Shown piece after piece: positions 58,432-64,000 of a stretch of 64,000 bases of DNA. The notes below the pieces were generated by a model that was not told where the DNA came from, did no database searches, and saw only the letters and a program-made list of their open reading frames with translations. This stretch comes from Arenicellales bacterium (GTDB lineage Bacteria; Pseudomonadota; Gammaproteobacteria; Arenicellales; JAHEKD01). The stretch's first letter is position 1; each line of letters starts with the position of its first letter. The stretch is from NCBI GenBank assembly GCA_965215945.1, contig CBDCFC010000047.1:20643-84642 (forward strand), in the 5' to 3' direction. Position numbers and translations under genes: made by a program.

Positions 58432-58705
58432 GTCTGATAAAAACAAGCCGATAGTTTTGGCTAAAGGGTACCGTTTCCAATGGGAACCTGCACAGGATTC
58501 ACATGTTTTGCTTTACCCTGAAGGCATGGTAAAGCTTAACCAGACAGCCTCGTTGATTCTCTCCCAAGTGGATGGAATACGTTCGACCCAGCAAATCGTT
58601 GAATTGCTCAGCAAACAATATCCTGATGCTGATGTGGATACAGATACTGAGGCATTTATTATGACTGCGCTTGAAAATCGCTGGATTTTGCTAAGCACTG
58701 AGTAG
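58421..58705 (+). CDS. pqqD: PQQ biosynthesis peptide chaperone PqqD
   Basis: About 94 aa. The start overlaps the pqqC stop. [31 protein letters not shown] matches the PqqD pattern. Confidence 0.75.
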   Translation: MMDESDKNKPIVLAKGYRFQWEPAQDSHVLLYPEGMVKLNQTASLILSQVDGIRSTQQIVELLSKQYPDADVDTDTEAFIMTALENRWILLSTE

Positions 58706-58727
58706 AGAACCTGCTATTAAGTCGCTA

Positions 58728-60236
58728 ATGGACTACCAAGTCGTAAGTTCAGTTAAGAATCTTTCAGGATACGACTGTTTATTATTTCCAGTTATCAATC
58801 AAAAACTAGATCGAGGCGTCAAAAAAATCGATAACGATTTAGTTTATAAGCTTAGGGTTACTATCCAAAAGTCATCTCGGACTCACCATCAGGGAAATGC
58901 TGAATTAATCACAAAACAATCTTTGGATAATAATGCAATGGTTTTACTTTTATATTTCGATAATACGAAAGGTCGTAAAATCAATGATATAAAGAAAACC
59001 CTATTTAAAGCCATAACGATTTTAAATACCACCCATGCCAAATCAATTCTCGTCAGCCTGGATAATCTTCGATCAAGCTTTATTCATAGGGGTGATTTTT
59101 ACCTGCAACTCACCACGTTTTTTGAACAATCCGCATATCGATATGAAGAGACTAACCCCCCCAAAAAGCCTGAATCAAGTGTTCAAAACATCACTTTTTT
59201 TGAGCCTCAGCAACGATATGTCACTTACGCAGACAGTATTATTCAAAAAGCAAAAGCGATTGCCGAAGGTATCAACTACTCCAGGCGATTATCTGATCTT
59301 CCCGCAAATATTTGCACACCGTCTTACTTAGCCAAAAAGGCAGTTTCGTTATCCAAAAAGATTAACTTAAAAGTAACAGTGATTAATGAAAGACAAATGA
59401 AAACCCTAGGCATGAATCTCATTCTTGCCGTCTCTAAGGGCAGTCAGCAACCAGCTAAACTGATTACGCTGGAATATCAAGGCGCTGATTTATCGGAGTC
59501 GCCGATAGTGCTGATCGGTAAAGGCCTGACATTTGATAGTGGTGGTTATTCTATTAAATCTGCACCGGCAATGGATGAAATGAAGTATGACATGTGCGGT
59601 GCTGCAGCGGTGATGGGAACCATTTTAGCTGTTGCTAAAATGAGTTTACCGATTAATCTTACTGTTGTTATTCCAACAAGTGAGAATGTGATCAATGGCA
59701 AGGCGTTTAAACCAGGAGATGTGTTAACAAGTATGTCCGGTCAAACTGTCGAAATATTAAGCACTGATGCAGAAGGACGGTTACTGATAGCCGACGCTTT
59801 GACTTATGTTGAACGTTATTGTCCATCTCTTATTGTTGATGTAGCAACCTTAACCGGCGCTTGTATTACGGCGTTGGGTAGTGAAATTTCGGGGTTGATG
59901 AGCAATAACCAAATGTTAGCCAGGCGTTTAGCTGCAGCCGGGGAAAAAAGCCACGATCATGTTTGGCAATTACCTTTATGGAAAGACTATGAACAGGTGC
60001 TTCGAAGTAATTTTGCAGACATGGCAAGTTCCGCCGGCCGTGATGACACATCAGGTGCAGGTGCGATAGTTGCCGCATCATTTTTATCCAAATTCGCCAG
60101 CTCTCAGCGGTGGGCGCATCTTGATATAGCCGGCCCCGCCTGGCTAAGGGGCAAAGACAAAGGAGCAACGGGCAGGCCCGTTTCTCTGTTATGTCAGTTT
60201 ATTATAGATTATTGCGATAAACCGTTTTCGAAATAA
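58728..60236 (+). CDS. pepA: Leucyl aminopeptidase (M17 family)
   Basis: 502 aa with VGKGLTFDSGGYSIK, MKYDMCGAAAV and NTDAEGRL-type STDAEGRLLIADAL. Confidence 0.87.
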   Translation: MDYQVVSSVKNLSGYDCLLFPVINQKLDRGVKKIDNDLVYKLRVTIQKSSRTHHQGNAELITKQSLDNNAMVLLLYFDNTKGRKINDIKKTLFKAITILNTTHAKSILVSLDNLRSSFIHRGDFYLQLTTFFEQSAYRYEETNPPKKPESSVQNITFFEPQQRYVTYADSIIQKAKAIAEGINYSRRLSDLPANICTPSYLAKKAVSLSKKINLKVTVINERQMKTLGMNLILAVSKGSQQPAKLITLEYQGADLSESPIVLIGKGLTFDSGGYSIKSAPAMDEMKYDMCGAAAVMGTILAVAKMSLPINLTVVIPTSENVINGKAFKPGDVLTSMSGQTVEILSTDAEGRLLIADALTYVERYCPSLIVDVATLTGACITALGSEISGLMSNNQMLARRLAAAGEKSHDHVWQLPLWKDYEQVLRSNFADMASSAGRDDTSGAGAIVAASFLSKFASSQRWAHLDIAGPAWLRGKDKGATGRPVSLLCQFIIDYCDKPFSK

Positions 60237-60527
60237 TAAGGTGATCGTTTATTAACACGATGCGACATCGGAATACCACTGAGCTATCTGCTTGACTCAT
60301 TGTCAGTTAAGCAAACTTCACCAGTAAAGCTATTCTGAAACCTTCAGATATTGTTTAATATGTTCTAACGTTTTTAAATTGAGGCTGCTGTTCGACTAAG
60401 TAAATTCGGTAACTTCTATGGTTTCGAGTTTACCCAGTTTTTCTAATGAGATTTGTGGGTACAGAGCTTAAGCAATTAATTTGAGACGTTCATGGTTAAT
60501 TATTTTTTCATGGCAGGGAATAGGAAG

Positions 60528-61748
60528 TTAATATCTTCTCAATTTATGATTACTCAGATTTAGTCTTTCCATAATGGATTTGAAATTAGGACTCCTAATA
60601 TCTATGAAAATAAACTTATCGTCCCAGCCAAATGCGATATCGTGATATGATGGTTCTTTCCCTTTGTGTAAAACAATAACCATGGGCATGTCATTTAGTC
60701 GGTAGTTTGCTAAAAATTTTGGCAGCATTCGTTGTTGATAACCGATGATAATAATATCCGCTTTAAGAGTTTCCTGAATCAGTAGTTTTAGATTTCGATC
60801 TGACTCACCAACAAAGGTTTTACAGCAGCTTAGTTTTTTAAACGGATCAAATTGTGATTGATTATAATTTTTTATTATGTTACTTAACAATATTTCTTTG
60901 TCAGCACTTAATGCAAGGTTGCTAATATTTTCTATCAATATATCAAATGCCCGCTCGAATCCATCGGAAAACAGTCGAAAGCTAATAGATGAATGATCAA
61001 AATAGGATAGAAATTTTACGATAAATTGATAATATTCATCAATGGTAAAAAAAGGATCGATATCTATATTTGCGGATTCAATTTCCTTTAGGTCATGGTG
61101 TTCACGTAACCAACCTGCTCTTCTTTTGTCAACAGGAACAAAGGTATGCCACGGGGTGTTTACAACTGCTGTGTCACCTTGCCTGATATGTACCATCATG
61201 CGTAGGCGTTTGGAATTTCTATTTGTGGGTATAAGTGAGTAGTTCTTCGTTTTAATAAAGCCTGTTTTAAGATTCAGTCCATCAGGTAATTCTGGTATCT
61301 GAGTGTGAATATGAGTAAAAAATTTTCTACCTGCATCAAGGCTAAAACGAATCAATATTTGACTTGACCTAATATCAAATTCAGCTAAATGGCAATTAAT
61401 ATAATTTTTTATTTCGTGAATAGAGAAATTCTTTTTTTGCAAAAAATCCTGTCTTCCAATTGGTAAATCGATAATTTGAAGGTTTTCATTATTTGATCTG
61501 CTAACACTGATTTCAGTAAAGATTAAATTAAATCCCAGAAATTCGTAGACGTCCATGGGGGGTTTATTGATACTGACTATTTTTTCATACCATGCTTTGT
61601 GTTTGTGGTTGCTCATGCTTCTTGAAGAACAAAAAGTTGTATGTAGGTATTGAAATTGCAATGCACGTCCAAGTTTATAAAAAGCATTAAACTGCATCAT
61701 CTGATCAGTAAAACCCGAATTTGTTGGAATTATAGTGAAGTAAATCAT
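60528..61748 (-). CDS. Putative glycosyltransferase (fucosyltransferase-like HxRxGD motif)
   Basis: 406-aa AT-rich ORF. MVHIRQGD resembles the HxRRGD motif of GT11/GT23-type fucosyltransferases. This single motif is the only support for the functional call. Confidence 0.45.
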   Translation of the reverse strand: MIYFTIIPTNSGFTDQMMQFNAFYKLGRALQFQYLHTTFCSSRSMSNHKHKAWYEKIVSINKPPMDVYEFLGFNLIFTEISVSRSNNENLQIIDLPIGRQDFLQKKNFSIHEIKNYINCHLAEFDIRSSQILIRFSLDAGRKFFTHIHTQIPELPDGLNLKTGFIKTKNYSLIPTNRNSKRLRMMVHIRQGDTAVVNTPWHTFVPVDKRRAGWLREHHDLKEIESANIDIDPFFTIDEYYQFIVKFLSYFDHSSISFRLFSDGFERAFDILIENISNLALSADKEILLSNIIKNYNQSQFDPFKKLSCCKTFVGESDRNLKLLIQETLKADIIIIGYQQRMLPKFLANYRLNDMPMVIVLHKGKEPSYHDIAFGWDDKFIFIDIRSPNFKSIMERLNLSNHKLRRY

Positions 61749-61770
61749 TATTGATCTATATTTATAATCA

Positions 61771-62475
61771 CTAGCCTGAGAGTTGATCTAATCCATATTT
61801 TAATTGCTTAAGTTTATTTCCAACACCCATAGTCCAGTTTGCATGATGAAGAATAATATTTTTTGGAAAATTAATCGTGTCACCTGGGTTCCACATTTTG
61901 CTTTGGTAGATTCCAGGAGAAAATATCTCATCGGGAAAATAATTCCACTTTAGCTGAGCTGGATTAAAATATCTTTCGCGTGCTTGAAAATCACATCGTT
62001 TCGAAAAATTATTAAGGTTATATTTATTTAATAAATAATTATTTACGAGGGCCTGATCTGAATGTTTATCTTGAGATTCAAGTTCTTGTTTTACATGATT
62101 CCATAGAGCTCTGTTTTTAGCATTTCCTTTCGCAGCAAAAAAACCAGTACATACCCGATTATCTATAGAATTTCTTTGAAAAATTACATCATAATCTTTG
62201 ATTTGACTTAAAATTAATTCTTTTGTAGGTTGATAGAAGTAAATATCAACATCTGAATAAACAAAAACTGCATCAAGATTTTCCTCTATAGCCTGAAGAA
62301 TTAAGTTTGCTTTTTGCACCATATTTCTTATCCACCCTGCAGACTTAAATCTTGCTGTTGGACAAATCTGACAATGTGCCTCCAGGTTTATTTCATAGTC
62401 ATCTTTTAAACTAGACAAGAACCAATCATGAACTAATTCTCTATGAGAAGGAGTATAAAAACTATAAAGATTCAT
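61771..62475 (-). CDS. Putative nucleotide-diphospho-sugar transferase (DxD)
   Basis: 234 aa. VFVYSDVDIYF is a DxD-type motif in a Rossmann-like context, and the gene is adjacent to the other transferase-like gene. Support is motif-level only. Confidence 0.45.
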   Translation of the reverse strand: MNLYSFYTPSHRELVHDWFLSSLKDDYEINLEAHCQICPTARFKSAGWIRNMVQKANLILQAIEENLDAVFVYSDVDIYFYQPTKELILSQIKDYDVIFQRNSIDNRVCTGFFAAKGNAKNRALWNHVKQELESQDKHSDQALVNNYLLNKYNLNNFSKRCDFQARERYFNPAQLKWNYFPDEIFSPGIYQSKMWNPGDTINFPKNIILHHANWTMGVGNKLKQLKYGLDQLSG

Positions 62476-62482
62476 TTCTGCA

Positions 62483-63445
62483 TTATTGATTGCTTTGTGC
62501 CATCTGCCCGACTATGATTCCATCGATAATAAGTTGAATTGTATGATAAGCGATAATAGGCAGACTGATCAGGGCAAGATTAGAATTATCACTGAACAAA
62601 ACGGTCACAATCGGCAGGCCTAGGGCAAGTGTTTTTTGAGTAGCAGTGATGATGAGACACTTTCGGTCGGCTAGGCTGAAACTGGCTGCCATCAACTTGG
62701 ATGAGTGCCAGGTAAATATAGTCAACAATATTTTCAATGCCAAGCTTAATACTGCAATGTATACAAGTTCAATTATTTCAAGATCTATGCCCTGTCCAAA
62801 CGCATTAATAAATGCAATTAACATGATTGCTAAAATCATCCAGTTCGTCCCTGATTTGGCCAACACTGAGTTAACAGTTATGGAGAAATAGTTACGACCT
62901 ATTTGTCCGGCTAAAAACGGTAAAATGACTAACAGCATTAATTTTTTGATCGCCGCGATTGGATCAAGGGCAATGCTTTGCCCTATAAAAAAATAAATTA
63001 ACAAAGGGGTGACAAAGATTCCAAGTATGTTACCCAAAGTGGCATTAAACAATGCCGCTTCCTCGTTACCGCCGGCATTGCGGGTGAAAACAACGCAGCT
63101 GGTTATAGTCGTAGGAATACAGGCTAAAACAATAAAACCAACATAGATAAGATTTGTTAAGTCGGCAGATTCGCTTAACCATGCGGTCATTATTACGACA
63201 GCAGGAAACAGCACAAACGAAATCAATTGTATCCACAGGTGTAGTTTCCAGTTTTTTATTGATTGCAATAATTTGCCTGAGTCTATGGTCAAGCCGCTTA
63301 ATAAAAATATGCAAATGATTAATGTAAATTTGATGAAGTTTGAGTGATCTTTGGACAGGGCAAAACTTGTTTGCGAAATCAAATAAGCAACGAAAATAAC
63401 TATAAAAATTGCAATGCTAAACCATTGTTTTTTTAGTGTGTTCAC
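62483..63445 (-). CDS. Bile acid:sodium symporter (BASS/YfeH-like) family transporter
   Basis: 320 aa with about 9-10 hydrophobic segments and a family-like core (LACIPTTITSCVVFTRNAGGNEEAALFNATLGNILGIFVTPLL). Confidence 0.7.
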   Translation of the reverse strand: MNTLKKQWFSIAIFIVIFVAYLISQTSFALSKDHSNFIKFTLIICIFLLSGLTIDSGKLLQSIKNWKLHLWIQLISFVLFPAVVIMTAWLSESADLTNLIYVGFIVLACIPTTITSCVVFTRNAGGNEEAALFNATLGNILGIFVTPLLIYFFIGQSIALDPIAAIKKLMLLVILPFLAGQIGRNYFSITVNSVLAKSGTNWMILAIMLIAFINAFGQGIDLEIIELVYIAVLSLALKILLTIFTWHSSKLMAASFSLADRKCLIITATQKTLALGLPIVTVLFSDNSNLALISLPIIAYHTIQLIIDGIIVGQMAQSNQ

Positions 63446-63478
63446 TCTATTTCAGATTGGCAGAAAGTTTTGCAAAAG

Positions 63479-63991
63479 TTAGAGTTTAGTGAATTTGTCG
63501 CCGACTTTGATCCTGCCGTCTTTAATCACCTTGGCGTAAATACCTCTTAAACGATTTTCCCGACCACGTTTATCGTTAACAAATTTAGATGCATCGCGGC
63601 CAAAGCGATCGGCAAATTTCATACAGGCATTGTGTGCCTCGGCGGTGATTTCCAGCGTACTCCCCCCAAGTGCAAGTTGGTCTCCCGGGTTTAAGTTTTC
63701 TACACTCAAATCCATGTCAATGAATAAATTATCACCCGCCAACGCCCATCGGTCCGGATCAGTCTCAATCGATTCAATGCATCTGGCATTCATGATGCAT
63801 ACTTGCACGTCGGGGTGGGGAGAGCCATCTTCCAACGTCAACCAGCATTCATCAGCCCATTTGTCACCTGCTACGCCTTTGGCAGCGCTTAGTTCTATTG
63901 AATCATGGGTTACTCGTTCATCAGATACAGGTCGAGTAACAATCAGTCTCAATTCACCTTCATCCTTGGGGGCGGCGAGAATATAAGGCAA
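63479..63991 (-). CDS. MOSC domain-containing protein
   Basis: 170 aa. GDNLFIDMDLSVENLNPGDQLALGGSTLEITAEAHNACMKF...RGIYAKVIKDGRIKVGD matches the MOSC/YiiM-like beta-barrel pattern. Confidence 0.7.
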   Translation of the reverse strand: MPYILAAPKDEGELRLIVTRPVSDERVTHDSIELSAAKGVAGDKWADECWLTLEDGSPHPDVQVCIMNARCIESIETDPDRWALAGDNLFIDMDLSVENLNPGDQLALGGSTLEITAEAHNACMKFADRFGRDASKFVNDKRGRENRLRGIYAKVIKDGRIKVGDKFTKL

Positions 63992-64000
63992 TTTATGCTC

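Overview
This window looks like a chromosomal segment of a moderately AT-rich gammaproteobacterium. The backbone is housekeeping genes in an E. coli-like order: type IV minor pilin genes, fumA, ffs-dnaX-ybaB-recR, phhB, orn, queG, nnr-tsaE-amiB-mutL-miaA-hfq-hflX-hflK-hflC-yjeT, hisZ-purA, tRNA-Leu-rnr-rlmB, glnK-amtB, fghA-frmA, pepA. Several accessory insertions interrupt it. The main one is a roughly 20-kb island between tRNA-Arg(ACG) and a perfect 57-bp direct repeat of that tRNA's 3' end. The island carries a five-gene operon of small secreted, lipo- and anchored proteins. It also carries a 2829-aa Sec-signal TcB/TcC-type Rhs (YD-repeat) polymorphic toxin with a lipoprotein immunity gene. 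Downstream of that lies an array of orphan Rhs C-terminal toxin/immunity cassettes, broken up by a tyrosine-recombinase remnant and an IS110-family element. All toxin C-termini share an unusual module directly after the Rhs autocleavage motif: a 40-residue Lys/Ile amphipathic helix followed by a glycine-zipper hydrophobic region. This module is the most novel-looking signal in the window. Other accessory features are two Fic-domain genes (one with a phased repeat array over its promoter), IS5 and ISL3 transposase fragments next to a 20-bp x5 tandem repeat, and two identical IS1111-like (IS110-family) copies with long non-coding ends. There are also several decayed genes: rnr with two frameshifts, a truncated pqqC with no pqqE, and a nonsense-mutated secreted-protein gene. 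All calls come from reading the sequence and the ORF track by eye, and no database searches were run.
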